NCBI GenBank assembly: GCA_951406725.2
Contig: OX597840.1
Span: forward strand, 37,820,001 to 37,884,000
Length of the DNA: 64,000 nucleotides
Direction of reading: 5' to 3'
Source: Octopus vulgaris
Taxonomy: Eukaryota
Shown here: one piece after another, positions 27,076 through 40,761 of the stretch
How positions within the stretch are numbered: position 1 is the stretch's first letter
How the letters are laid out: every line of letters starts with the position of its first letter
Translations under genes and position numbers: made by a program
Notes under the pieces: model-generated
The model's database searches: none
What the model was told of the DNA's origin: nothing
Seen by the model: the letters and a program-made list of their open reading frames with translations, nothing else

Positions 27076-27893
27076 TTAAGTGTGTGTTTTCTATGTATTT
27101 ATAGGGAAATTAGCATTGGATCCAAAACTGCCAAATAAGAATGTGATTAGGATTCTTGGATTTGGGCATGTTCATAGATTTATGCGTAGGCACATGGACA
27201 CCGGCACCGTCACACACAATCATATGTATACACACATACATACATACGTGTACACACACACACACATAAACATATGTTCCGATCTCAGTGCGCATGTATG
27301 TCTTTGTGTGTTTTTTCGTATGTCTTATGATTCGTTCCTAGCAGAATGGTAAAAAAAAATATTGTTTCGGGCTGCAGAAGAAAAAACCTAATCCTAAAAA
27401 TACATTGGAACCAGACGAATAAAATATAAATGGCGCAGGAATCTGTAATTACACGCCAGTAATAATATTCCCTGAAAAAGACGGTTTTTCGTATAACATA
27501 CCCATTTATATTCTTTGAACTCAAAAACAAACTCTCAGAATAAGTATACACTCTATGTATTGATGCGTGTATGTGTGACTTGATAAATTATGTTCTCCCA
27601 TATATATATATATATATGTTATATACATATATATATATATATGTTATATATATATGTACACATATACATACATATGTATATGTATATATATGTGTATATA
27701 TATATATGAATAAATGTGTTTATATATATATAGATGTACAAATATACATACATATATATATATATATACCTACACCATAGCCTTCAATAAACTCGAAGCA
27801 AGTTGTTTTGGAACTCAGTATCTACACACTGTTATTATTTCTATGTACTTCGGATTTCGGCCTTTCCGCAAAATAATCATATATGTATATATA

Positions 27894-27950
<57 letters not shown>

Positions 27951-29049
27951 TGTGTGTGTGTGTGTGTGTGTGTGTTTCTTTTAGATAAATATAATACTTT
28001 TGACAGTCTGTGGTTAAAAACATCTTAAGTAAGCTAGATAAAAACAGGACCTTATAACTTCTTTATATCTCGGATAAACTCTCAACTTTATTACAACTGT
28101 CAGTTTCACCGAATCTTTGGATCCTCAGATAATGAGATTAGCCTACCTTTCTTTCACGTCTGATTAGCTGTTTGCGAGAGTTTGTGTGTTTCTCGCTTTA
28201 TACAGTGTTATTACATACATATATGTGTGTGTGTGTGTGTGAGTTTTGAGATATCTCGAAGCACGCTTAGAAGGCTATAAATAAAAGTTTGGAAATATTG
28301 GCTGGAAAAAATGTTTTGTATAGGAAAAATCTGAAGCTGTGTTTGGTACACGAATCTTATCTACTGTAAGCATTGCAAGGGTCCTACCTTTGGATCCAAG
28401 AAATCCTGCGAATTCCATTGTCCTTTTAAGATCTTTTGTTCTAATCACCCATAAATTTTTGCTCTTGTCGTCATACAAATTTTATAAATTCTCGTAAGAA
28501 CGGAAATATTTCCTTTTAGGAATACATCGTAGCGTGTATATAATACTTTAAATGGTAGCATGTAAATATTGCGTCGAGAAACTCTTTGAGATTGAAAAAG
28601 ATGCGAACGCTGGGCGTGGAAGACGTATTTTCCTTTCAAATGGACGTAGCAGGCATTCTATCATTTGATCAAAATAATCCTTTATGTAAAACTGGTAGAC
28701 TGTCGGTTACGATGGCGAGTGATCGATTTGGCCTGATGAATAGAACAACTTGGCCAGGAAGTTAAAGGGAAAATGGCTGAACATGCCACAGACAATTTTG
28801 CACCATTAATGCATTCTAGGAAAGATTCAACGTGATGAGCCTGGCATTTTGAATTGCCTGTGTAACTCATTTTCCTCAGTTGAATGGGAATCGAACTCAC
28901 GAATGTACGATCTGCATTAGACCACACGCCATCACAGTGTGAGAACCTTTGGTCTTTCATTCTCTTCTTCAACACTACCATGCCTCAAGCTAACTACAAC
29001 AATCTCATACACACACACAAACACACATACACACACACACACATACATA

Positions 29050-29560
29050 TATAGGAATGTTTGCGTAATGAGATAAAATCAAGACTGTGTAGATGTTATA
29101 ACATTTATAGGTAGAAGGTAGAAGCTGTTTCCAGGATATTTATTAATTATATCTCTTCATCGAAAACGGTGTGAGAGGATTGTTAAGTAATAGTTACTTT
29201 ATATAGGATGCACAATAGAGAGTGAGTTGGAGGAAAGAAAATAGATGTATGATACGTAGGGAGGTATAGTAGTGTTGAGGAAGAGAAAGAAAGGGAAAAG
29301 GTTCTCACCCTGCGGAAAGTTTCACAAACCCTCTATATTTAAGGTGCAAAGGTACATCCTCAGAAGAAAAATGGTCTGCAAAATGTCTAGTTATTGATAT
29401 TCCGTTAACCAATTCAAATTTCTCAGTATTATGATAGCGGTCGCAGTCGCTGTCCAAGTGTTGGTGTAATCAACTCTCCACGTGTTGGTATAGACAAACA
29501 TCTAACTCTCGTTGTAGGCAGCTCACTATTTGTTGGTTGAACTGTCGGGTTTTCAGGTGT
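29050..29560 (-). mobile_element. Penelope-like 3' fragment with decayed hammerhead and possible GIY-YIG scrap
   Basis: Reverse complement of 29050-29260 matches 34190-34380 (gatgaagagatat...tatcc.ggaaacag); upstream translation SITRHFADH resembles the PLE GIY-YIG PVARHF motif (weak). Confidence 0.5.
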
Positions 29561-30958
29561 AGGTCTTTGTGTTAAATCAGCGTAACTAACAGAGAAAAAG
29601 TGCAAAGATGCCTACCTTAAAATGCCCGCAAATTCTGGATAAATCCTCCAATACACTTTAACTCTCAGTTCCACCGTATCTTCTGGTCATCAGATAATGA
29701 GATTAATCTATCTACCTTTATTCTGTTGATGATAAGATAACAATGGACGAAAATGTATATTTTTAAACAAAGCCTTCAATTACGCACGGTGTGTTATTAT
29801 TTGCCTCTCTGTGTATAGACCGTAAATATTTTCAGTTTAAGCAGCTCAACACAAGTGCTTATATATACCTTATTTCCACTCTTTTCAATGTACTCTAAAA
29901 CACGATTTAATTCTAAACAAATTTATAAAAAGTAATTATTTAAACTCGTGCAATACATCAACGAAAACTAATATCTCTAAGACACTTATTAATGGGAATT
30001 CAAATAAATATCGGATATATATATCAGATTCTCTTTAAGTAAATATATATTTACATATATATTAATATAAATTGATATAAATATACTTCATATTATATGA
30101 CATTTATATTTATATTAATATATTTGATAAATATTTCTATATGAATTAATAAAAATGGAAGTTCACAATTTTGAAAATTTCACACCATTTACAACGATAA
30201 CGCATACTTGTTTATAATTGATATTAGATTTATGATTGGAAATCCAAAGTCAAATAGATATATTGCACTTTTATTGGATAACTTTATACTCACCCTCTTA
30301 ACTGACGGAGATTCATTTGGTTTTTAGATAATGGATCAACCGACGGTTTCAACAATGACTATTTATTTTTCTGATTTACCGAACATCTAATACTTGTGAT
30401 TAACCGGTTAAACATCCGAGTCGGTCACAGTACTCGCGTACACTGAACGTACGTTATTTACAGGGATAACCTCTGCCGAGAAAAAGGGTTAAATATTTTT
30501 ATTATTATTACAGATATAATATATTCATCGGTTTCCAGATTCTGTCTGATCAAATTTCAACGGCATGTCTTTGGCCAATAGAAAGGGTCAAAGGAACGCT
30601 GTCCAAATTGCGAATTCTCAAACCCGATTTCGAATTGAAAGCGAAGCATTATGACTGTGTAATGAATTTCAATGTCGTTCGGTTAAACTGCATCGAAGAT
30701 TTTACGCACAAACAAACGATGACATTCTGTCTTAATTTGGATTCGTTCTTAGCAATGAAGAAATCAATATCACAGATCGATAACGAAATATTTATCAATA
30801 TATCAGGGTAAACCTTTCAGTAATTTCAATTATAAATTCATATTTGTATTGTGTCTTACGGTGAGTGACTTTCATCTGTTTATCTCCTCTCAGTCAATTA
30901 TTTATCTATATTCATATCGAGCGGGAGAATACACGCGAGAGGGAAAAAGACTTATTTA

Positions 30959-31112
30959 GGGTGTAGTAAGTAGTTACCTTGCCAACTGCATGGTCTTGCA
31001 TTCAGTCGAACTGTGAGGCACCTAGGTCACATGTCTGTTTTTCTATAGCCACGAGACGACCAAAGATTTGCGACTGGATTTGGTAGGCGAAAATTGAAAG
31101 AAGCATTCTGAT
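30959..31112 (+). mobile_element. SINE family B, degenerate 5' half
   Basis: gtgtagtaagtagttaccttgccaac...ggatttggtaggcgaaaattgaaagaagc. Confidence 0.7.
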
Positions 31113-31124
31113 ATATATGTATAT

Positions 31125-31370
31125 CTATAGGGAGAGTTTACAAAAAACAAAAAAACAAAAGACGAAGACAGGTGGTGTAGAAAACAAACAGATGTATTAG
31201 TATAACGCTCAGGAATAGAAAAAGTCTTTTACGTTTCGAGCCTAAGCTCTTCTACAGAAAGGGACAAGGAAAACACAAGGAGAAAAAAGGGGAGAGAAAA
31301 AAACAAGGAGAGAAAAAACAAGGAGAGAAAAAAAGGAGAGAAAAATGTGTGTTGAGGCTATTAACCTAAC
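31125..31370 (-). mobile_element. Penelope-like terminal fragment
   Basis: Homologous to 24198-24420; carries the hammerhead-like motif at 31226-31261. Confidence 0.55.
31226..31261 (-). ncRNA. Hammerhead-like motif with variant core
   Basis: cuuu-CUGUAGA-a-gagc(uuag)gcuc-GAAA-cg-UA-aaag; stems I and II pair perfectly, loopless ACGU stem III, A6 replaced by U. Confidence 0.55.
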
Positions 31371-31593
31371 AGGCTTCAGAAATTCCTGTTGTCCATTTCT
31401 TCAGCTAAACACCTTAGAGCAGAGCTCCTGTATGGCCGCAGCAGAATGTCTGAAACAAGTACATCATAAAAGTTTTTAAAAAAATGAACGATATATTCAT
31501 ACATGCAAACATACAAAGTTACATACCTACATTCGTACACACACACACACGTGAATATCTATATATATATATACATACATATACATATATATA

Positions 31594-31711
<118 letters not shown>

Positions 31712-31734
31712 GTATGTATATATGTATATGTAAC

Positions 31735-31781
31735 AAAACTGCCTGAGGAACGGGAGCGTGAAACTCTGAGTAACAGGTTTT
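31735..31781 (+). ncRNA. Minimal type-I hammerhead ribozyme motif
   Basis: aaaacugc-CUGAGGA-acg(ggag)cgu-GAAA-cuc(u)gag-UA-acagguuuu; canonical core and GUA triplet; homolog at 33712-33749. Confidence 0.8.
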
Positions 31782-31823
31782 GTGATATTTCTGCTTCCGC
31801 TTATTAAAGCTGCTTTTAATATG

Positions 31824-31857
<34 letters not shown>

Positions 31858-32289
31858 TACGTATGTATATATATATATATAACATCAAGAACTTTAACAC
31901 ACTCAAACAGACACAAGAATAGAAGGTTGAATAGTCAAACGTCACGAAGAATTCAAGAATTATTTGATAAAATCTTTTCTCCTTCATCATTATCTCTAAG
32001 GTGATAGACGGAAGGTAAGATTAATCTTTAATGTGAGGGATCCGATGTGACAGCAAAACTGACAGTTGTAATACACACGATGGATAATCCACCGTTTAAT
32101 TAATGTTATCTGTCTGTCTATCTATCTTTCTATTACTTGTCTATATTGCTTTGTATCCGGCTATCTGTATTCACCGCACTCATACATACAAATATACACA
32201 CACACACGCAATCACACACACATGTTCAGGCACACACATACACATGCACACACACACACACATGGACGCACCTGTATTTCTTCTTCGTA

Positions 32290-32720
32290 GGTAAAGACGT
32301 TGCATATTCGAGTCGCTCGTTCTGTAACGATAAAATTTCAGGTTCTTTCCCAAGGCGCGGTATCTTTGGCATTTGGTTTCTCCTATAGCCCTGGCCCGTC
32401 ATTCATTTTGTGAGGAAATTTGGTTGACGAGTGTCCCACGTGATCAGTGGAACAGCCTTCCCGTAAAATTTACATGCATGCGGCTGAGTATTCCACAGAC
32501 AACGAGTATCCTTTACGTAGTTCTCAGGGAAATTCAGCGTGACACAGAATATGTGAGAAAGATGGTATTTTGAATTACACTCACAACTGATTTTTGCCAA
32601 CTGAATGAACTGGGGAAAGATGAAATAAAATGTTTTACCCAGGGACACAACGTGTCGCGATTATCGAACTCACGACCTTTAAATTTTGAGCCAAATATCC
32701 TAACTACTTAACAGCGCATC
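32290..32720. mobile_element. Degenerate SINE mosaic (family B-like head on +, family C-like head on -)
   Basis: ctatagccctggcccg...ttgtgaggaaatttggttgac, followed by tttgccaactgaatgaactgggg...tgttttacccagggacacaacgtgtc...atcgaactcacgacctt. Confidence 0.5.
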
Positions 32721-33677
32721 TACACCGCCTCCAATTCAAGAAAAAGTGAACAATACATTTACTTCTTTCTCGATAAATATTCTTTTTTTAAAACAGCTCA
32801 TGTATAAAAGATTTTATTTCAGACAAAAATAGCAGCATCTTGTTTGTTAATGGCGTATATATGTTATATAAGATACATTAATCCAATACTGCCTCATATA
32901 CATACCAGATATTTATCCAGTCCGGCGTCTATTTGTAATATCAGTGAATATGTTATTTAGTCTTTCATACATCAGACACAGCAAATTTCTTCCTAGTCGC
33001 TTCATTAGCGCTGCCCACCAAATTGGAAATGAATCTGGTTTTCTCAGTAGCCGCCACATGAGAGATTTCAACAACACATATATAAGAGAACTTTTCTCGG
33101 AGAAAACCTGCGTTATCTTGCCTATCCACGTTGTATTTATTTTTAAAATGTAACTTAAGCAGCTATCTATCTATCTATTGTTTGTCTGTCTGGCTGTCTA
33201 TCTATACATGGCTGTATATATTTTTGCGTGCATGTGCGTATATGTGCATGCATATATGTGCGTTCGTGTGTTTGTATGTGTGTGCGAGCTTGCATTTATA
33301 TTCAATCGTATGTATGTATATAAGTGTACAGGTATATAGGCTACCCTCATACACACAGTTGCATTCTCGAGAGCAATAAGAAATAGGAAATGTAGTAATC
33401 GACTCCGATATCAAGGAAATTAATATGTAATTGCTTCGTTTCTTTCGGCAAACAACACAAATGCATTGAAACAGCTTTTGAACACTAAGAGAACTCGCAG
33501 GAAAACTTAAGATCATAACCTAAATACATTCCGTCGCTGCATGTTGAAGAATACATTACCAGCCTCTGCGGTCATATGTAATAGGCGGGATAGAGATAAA
33601 TTCAATGGCGCTTACAAACGTCACTACGTCCAGACATAAAGCGATACATGTACATATGTATAAATATATATATATAT

Positions 33678-33853
33678 ACTTTATTTAAAGCAGCAGAAAA
33701 TTCACCAAAATCTGTTACTCTGAGTTTCTCGTTGCCGTTCATCAGACAGTTTTTGCTAGAATGGAACCGATATATCAATTCAATCCAGACTCTTACAAAC
33801 GCTACACCTTTAAAAAAATGGGCTTGTGTGATTGGCCCTTTAGAAATAACAGT

Positions 33854-33856
<3 letters not shown>
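33678..33856 (-). mobile_element. Penelope-like terminal fragment in (TA)n
   Basis: About 180-bp island flanked by (TA)n; hammerhead followed by AATAAA on the minus strand; homologous to 31730-31820. Confidence 0.6.
33712..33749 (-). ncRNA. Minimal type-I hammerhead ribozyme motif
   Basis: cugu-CUGAUGA-acg(gcaa)cga-GAAA-cuc(a)gag-UA-acag; perfect stem I, canonical core, GNRA loop II. Confidence 0.8.
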
Positions 33857-33904
<48 letters not shown>

Positions 33905-34060
33905 CATTCTGCTTAAATAATGGAAATGCCCTTGTATAAATAAATATATATACAGTGAGAGAGAGCAAAGAGAAAGAAAGAGGGAGGGAAAGAGGGAGGG
34001 AAAGAGAAAGAGAAAGAAAGAGGGAGGGATATAGATATATATATATATATATATATATAT

Positions 34061-34382
34061 AAATTAGTACAATGAGATAAAAAATCCAAGGCTGTGAAAT
34101 TCCCAACACACACAAGGTACAGGAAACTTACATATACACCATTCTGCTAAAATAATGGAGATGCAAATTCAATATTCTTACGTATCTCACGTCTGTTTTC
34201 ATTCCTCCACTTCACTCTGTATTTCATATCTTCTCCATAAGAACTATTTGTTAAACATTTTCTCGCACCCTCTCTGATGAAGAGATATTTTATATATCCC
34301 GGAAACAGTTGTAAGACCTTCTCTTAATAAATGTTGCGTAAAATTTCAAAGCCTTGAATTTGTTATCTCATTCTGTTAATTT
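34061..34382 (+). mobile_element. Small fold-back Penelope-like element carrying a hammerhead
   Basis: About 41-bp imperfect terminal inverted repeats (34061-34101 / 34342-34382), (TA)n flanks, internal hammerhead followed by AATAAA. Confidence 0.6.
34271..34316 (+). ncRNA. Minimal type-I hammerhead ribozyme motif
   Basis: ucu-CUGAUGA-agagauau(uuuau)auaucccg-GAAA-caguug-UA-aga; canonical core and GUA triplet. Confidence 0.75.
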
Positions 34383-34582
34383 ATTTTATATATATGCACG
34401 CTAATATATGACCTACGTTGGACTCCTCATTCGTATCTTTATCGAACCCTGAGCTTAAATATAGTCTGTCCATAGCAATTACTCAGCGTTACCTGACACA
34501 TTTGGGTCTTCTTGATACCATTACATCTCATACCCTCGATACATACACACACACACACACACACATATCTATATATACATAC

Positions 34583-34648
<66 letters not shown>

Positions 34649-34700
34649 CCAGTTCTGTATTATACTTAACATATACGTAGCATTAGGTGATTGGTATACA

Positions 34701-34736
<36 letters not shown>

Positions 34737-35309
34737 TAAATATTCATTTGAATATTCTATCATTTATATATATATACATATATATATATATTATGCACTG
34801 ACATTGTTTTGAATTTAGCGCGAAAAGTATTCGACGCGTAACGGATTCAAGGAATCTAGTAGGCTTTTTCATATTCAGTATTGTAAGACGTCCCGAGGAG
34901 AATTAAGGCATAGCCCAGAATTCGAGATCACGAACCAGGTATATCAATTACCTACTTCTAAAGCTTTAAGCTGGCATAGCATATTAATTTCTTGCCGCTT
35001 TGCCCGATTCCTGCTGGTCCGTTACGTCTTTCATTGTGGCTGGTGGCTTATTTGAGGTTTTTAACTGTTATATCTAGCAATCTGATGTTTCGTCTACCCT
35101 CTATTATATATATATATATATATATATATACAGTGAAAAAGAAAGAGAGTGGGAGTACAAGAGAGAGAAAGAAAGGCTACCTCTGTATCTATTGCTTTGT
35201 AAACGAGTGTGTTTGACCCTGTGTGTGTGTGAGTGTGTGTGCGCGTGTGTGCGTGTGTATGTGAGTGTGTGTATGTGTGTGTGAGGGACATTCATCGTTG
35301 CCAGGAATT

Positions 35310-35900
35310 TATTGCTAATGCATTCGTTCTTTTATTTCTAATCCTTTGATATCCAATGCATCTTTATAAATAAGCATTGAATTGCTTAGCTCAACTTTAT
35401 GGCGTCGACAAATGTTCTCAGGACACCAAATGCCTTTCTTAATCCCGCTCAACAATTTGGTCTTCTCTACCCTAATCTTTATAAGCAGAATCCAGTCTGG
35501 CAAAAGGAATTAGTTATTTAGCCGATTGCTAAACAGCCATTGTATAGCCTTTCGTAGCCGTAATAGTCTAGTTTGTTTCTTTTTTATATTTTACTACTAT
35601 TTCGTTTAAAACATTGTTGGTTTTGTAGATATGTTGATAAATGGCCGCTAGTGTCTATAAACTAACGAATGACTGTTGGTTAGAAAGATCTGGACATACA
35701 AGTGTTACATATTGTTTACCAGATTTTGCCAATTTAGATCGGTGCTTTGGGCAATAAATGTTTAACTGCCGAGAGTTCAATTCTTTGTGGAGCAGCATAT
35801 TTTTCTTAGAATATTTGTATCAGATATGTGGTTTGTATTTATGTGTCGAACAACTGACAAGAAGATCGATTCCTATTTGATGACGATTCGAAGATTTATT
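35310..35900 (-). mobile_element. Possible highly decayed LINE reverse transcriptase relic
   Basis: Scattered translations NRNRSSCQLF, KLAKSG and LYVQIFLTNSHSLV fall in the order expected for CR1/Jockey-group RT; many stops. Confidence 0.3.
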
Positions 35901-37859
35901 CCTAGTAATTTATTGCTATTTCTGTTTCTGATTGATCCTGAATTGTAGCCTGGAAGGGGAGAGTTGAGGACCCAGCATGTGTGTAGTGATAGACTAGTAC
36001 GATCCGAAACCAACTTGGTACAGTTCGTTAGCAACAAGCATGTACACGGCTTGTATGGATGATATAGAGCGGATACTACTTACTAAACAAAGTTTATTAA
36101 TCAACATATACATGCCCCCATTAATAATTTGATGGCAATTTTGATAAGAAGACCGCATCTATACAGCTCACGGTTTAGCAACGAAGATTAGGATTTAAAA
36201 ACTGTTGGGCGTAGCGCATGTAAATCTAGAATACTTACAATTCCGAACCAAACTCAACATGTCTTACGTATATCACAGATATAACATATACGTCTATGCA
36301 TATACATGTATCTTTTTCTTGAGGTCGAATTAGCTGAGCAGGTCAAAGCGATTGTAAGTCATTGTTACAAGAACAATGGCTTTCAGCAACTGGTAATTAT
36401 AAACAAATTTTGGAAGTATCGGACGTAGTTTATTGGTTTGAGTACTCAACCGGTATTTGAGGGATACGGGTCCGAGTAACGTAGCCACTATCCGACAACT
36501 TTTCTTTTTGCCCCGTCTTATAAGGGCAAATACTCAATTTTTGTCTGCTGCTATTACAGCGTTACAGCGTTCGAAATTTACCCTCATGCCTGCAAGGTAT
36601 AGGCAAAACATTATAACTTGGTGGTATGGTAAACATAGAATAAGATTTATGGTGAAAAAACGCAGAAATCAATTTTGCTTGTGTAGATAAAGATTATGTA
36701 ATCCAATAAAATATGTACAGAGTCGTCCTTATTATGATTTTATAACATTATGTCATGATTAACGAAGCGAAACCGGTCGACTGTACATATTGTAATGGAC
36801 TAAATAATCTTTAACTACACAAATGATCTTCACCTTAAATCTTATTTTATATATATGAGGGCGTGTTTGTGTGTGTGTTACACTTTCGGGTAACTTGGTA
36901 TCATATATAGCCTAGCTTTACATTCTATACTTCCTACTCACTTACACACACACGCACACAAACATATATATAAACCTATGTTAATAAGCGAGCACAAACG
37001 CATATGTGTATGTGCCGTACGTGCATGAGGGATCTACGCATGCTCCTATGTGAGTTTGTTGCGCCATGAACCATAACGAGCGGCTCATTTGAAATATATA
37101 AGTGTTATAGAAACTTTCTCCGATATGAACAAAAATATAACCCCTAATAACAGTTAGAGATTTATCAGTGAAACCCTGGTGGTTTCATTGCCGTCTCGCC
37201 CACCAGATAATGTGTCCCTGGATGTTTTATTCGGTTTAAATATCCCTCACTGGTTGTGCACCGAAATAAGAGCTAGTATATATTTACTTTCTCATAAATC
37301 AAGCATGGAAACAAAAACCCCGAATGATTACGAAAATATGGTATGTTAAATTCTTTTGACACGCTACTTTTATTATACATGCAACGTATTAATGAAGCTT
37401 CCCGCGAAGAACAGCCCGTGAAACCCCACCCTCTCTCTCTCTCTCTCTCTCTCAAACACACGCACATATTTGTATGTGTGTATATGTATATATGAATACA
37501 TATGTCTATATGAATATGTGTGTATTGATTGAAGTATTCTTTTCTTCCAAATACATACACACGCATATACATATACGCAAGTATGAACTTGTGTGTGTAT
37601 GCGTGAATAGGTGTGTATGCATGTATATGCATAAATAATAGATGGACGTGTAGGTTACGTAAGTTAATACACCCTAAACATAAAATAATAGATAAGGCAG
37701 GTAATTATGAGATGAATGTGTGAGCGTATATAAAAGTATATAAATATATATACGTATGTATAGGTATATATGTATATGTAGGTATATGCATATATATATG
37801 TGTGTGTATATATACAAGCATGTAACGCCCACTTAAACACATATTGGTTCACGCACGTA

Positions 37860-37951
37860 TATGTTTATATATATATATATGGAGGAGAAAGAGGTGATAT
37901 AGTTATGCATACATATATATATATATACATAAATACAAAGATACATATATG

Positions 37952-38001
<50 letters not shown>

Positions 38002-38091
38002 TATGTGTGAATGTCTGTGTATGTGCGTGTTCACTTATAGATACACCCATATATACATATATACATTTATACATTCATACACATGTATACC

Positions 38092-38189
<98 letters not shown>

Positions 38190-38190
38190 T

Positions 38191-38279
<89 letters not shown>

Positions 38280-38358
38280 CAAGTGCAATATATTAGCTTG
38301 CATGTGTTCATTGTGTATTTGACATGTGTGTCCGTGGGTGCATATGGCTTTGTGTGTG

Positions 38359-38391
<33 letters not shown>

Positions 38392-38400
38392 TTGTGTTTG
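37860..38400. repeat. (TA)n/(TG)n microsatellite
   Basis: Direct runs. Confidence 0.95.
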
Positions 38401-39143
38401 GTATCTAAGTAGATGCTTAGAAGGTGCCTAAAATTCGATTGCCACTAATGAATAACTAATAAGATTTTGATGAAAATGTTTCAGCTTCCTCATCAATAGA
38501 TGTTAATTGACAAACAAAGGCAGAGCTATATTTCAACCGACTCTTTCAGCGTTTGCCTTTTTCTCATTAGCAGCTTTTGCTCGCTTTCGGGGTGTGTTGA
38601 CGGTGAGGGGGGGGTGAGGCTATTTGCCGCATTTCGTTTACTATTGCATAAATTTAACATGCAGTTGCTCGTGTGTTGCTGTTTAGCCCTAATTATTCTC
38701 TTGATCAAGTACACCAGTGATCATATACGTATCCGGGCTTTTGTATAACTCAGTTTAAAGTATAATATAATTAAATTGTAAAATGAGATATGTTGGAGAT
38801 TTAGCTGCAGTTTTTAATCAGTTAGATACACAAGATATATAATTAATTCCTGGAATTGTGTAAGCCATACCAACAATGTTAGATTAGGCCTTTTACCAAG
38901 GGCATTCCACCTACCATCATGTTATGTTTTGTTTCGGTAAGTTTTAAGGTAAATCTATATAATTTTTGTTGTTTTTATGACAGAGATCTGGATTAAGAAC
39001 ATTATGTATTCACGATGCGACAAATTCTTTTTTCGCTGCTTTCGCGGGTTTCCATGAATATCTGTCGCCCTCCAATTCAATTATAATGAATTTGGATTGG
39101 GAGCTTGGGTCATTGTGAATATTTCATTAGCTGATTATGCGTT

Positions 39144-39925
39144 GGCGAGCTGGCAGAACCGTTAGCACACCGGGCGAAATGCTTAGAGGTATTTCGTCCG
39201 CCGCTACGTCCTGAGTTCAAATTCCGCCGAGGTCGACTTTACCTTTCATCCTTTCGGGGTCGATAAATTAAGTACAAGTTACGCACTGGGTTCGATATAA
39301 TCGACTTCATCCGTTTGTCTGTCCTTGTCTTTCTCCTCTATGTTTAGCCCCTTGTGGGTAGTAAAGAAATAGGTATTTCGTCCGCCGCTACGTCCTGAGT
39401 TCAAATTCCGCCGAGGTCGACTTTACCTTTCATCCTTTCGGGGTCGATAAATTAAGTACCAGTTACGCACTGGGGTAGATATAATCGACTTCATCTGTTT
39501 GTCTGTCCCTGTCTTTCCCCTCTGTGTTTAGCCACTTGTGGGTAGTAAAGAAATAGGTATTTCGTCCGCCGCTACGTTCTGAGTTCAAATTCCGCCGAGA
39601 TCGACTTTGCCTTTCATCCTTTCGGGGTCAATTAAATAAGTACCAGTTACGCACTGGGTTCGATATAATCGACTTAATCCGTTAGTCTGTCCTTGTCTGT
39701 CCCCTCTATGTTTAGCCGCTTGTGGGTAGTAAAGAAATAGGTATTTCGTCCGCCGCTACGTTCTGAGTTCAAATTCCACCAAGGTCGACTTTACCTTTCA
39801 TCCTTTCGGGGTCGATAAATTAAGTACCAATTACGCACTGGGGTCGATGTAATCGGCATAATCTGTTTGTCTGTCGTTGTTTGTCCTCTCTGTATTTAGC
39901 CCCTTGTGGGTTGTAAAGAAATAGG
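39144..39925 (+). mobile_element. SINE family A tetramer (one head plus four 184-bp units)
   Basis: gtatttcgtccgccgc recurs at 39189, 39373, 39557 and 39741; the A-box head is present only once. Confidence 0.95.
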
Positions 39926-40122
39926 TTCTGAATTTTGGCGCATGGTCAGCTGTTTTGGCAGAAGGACTAAGTCGATTATATCGACCCTAATGTGTAGCTG
40001 GTACTTAATTTATCGACACCGAAATGATTAAAAGTAAAGTCAACCTCGAAGGAATAAAAGACGGACGAAATGTCGCTAATCGTTTTGTCCGGCGTGGTAA
40101 CTTTTCTACCAGCTCGCCACCT
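39926..40122 (-). mobile_element. SINE family A, older inverted copy abutting the tetramer
   Basis: aagtcgattatatcgaccc...ggtacttaatttatcgacaccgaaa...accagctcgccacc. Confidence 0.8.
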
Positions 40123-40229
40123 TAACAGAACCTGATATTACATCACATTCAGGCAGCGAACTGGCAGAATTTCTATTGCGCCGGATTAAATGCTTAGTGA
40201 CATTTCGTCTGTCTTTATGTTCTGAGTAT

Positions 40230-40322
40230 AAATTCCGCGGAGATCGACCACGGCCACCACCACTACTACCACCACCAGAACAAACACCACCAGAACAAAC
40301 ACCACCACTACCGCTACTAGCG

Positions 40323-40362
<40 letters not shown>

Positions 40363-40711
40363 TACTACTACTACTACTACATCTGCTGCTGTTACTACTA
40401 CTACCTCGATGATAACGACGTCAACCACCCCACCACCAACAATACTACCACCGAAACCACCACTACTATGACGACAACCACTACCACCACCTCTATCACC
40501 ACCACCACCACCACCACCATAACTACATAATTACTACTACGACGACGACAACCACTACAACCAGCACCACCGCCACGACAACAGCCACCACCACCAACAC
40601 CAGAACAAACACCATCTCTACCGCTACTACCGCAGCTACTACTACTATTATTACTACTACTACTACCACTGCTACTACCGAAACTACTACTACTACTACT
40701 ACTTCTACCAT

Positions 40712-40760
<49 letters not shown>
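40230..40760. repeat. (CTA)n/(CCA)n microsatellite
   Basis: Direct runs. Confidence 0.95.

Positions 40761-40761
<1 letters not shown>

Noticed and set aside
30298-30352. CUGACGG plus hairpin plus palindrome aaccgacggtt
   Set aside because: The core and GAAA are both defective; at most a decayed relic.
35980-36790. GAAA-stem III-UH half motifs at about 36006 and about 36769
   Set aside because: No recognisable CUGANGA box upstream.
39189-39925. Regular array resembling CRISPR
   Set aside because: Whole 184-bp units repeat with no unique spacers, no cas genes are present, and the unit is a SINE body.
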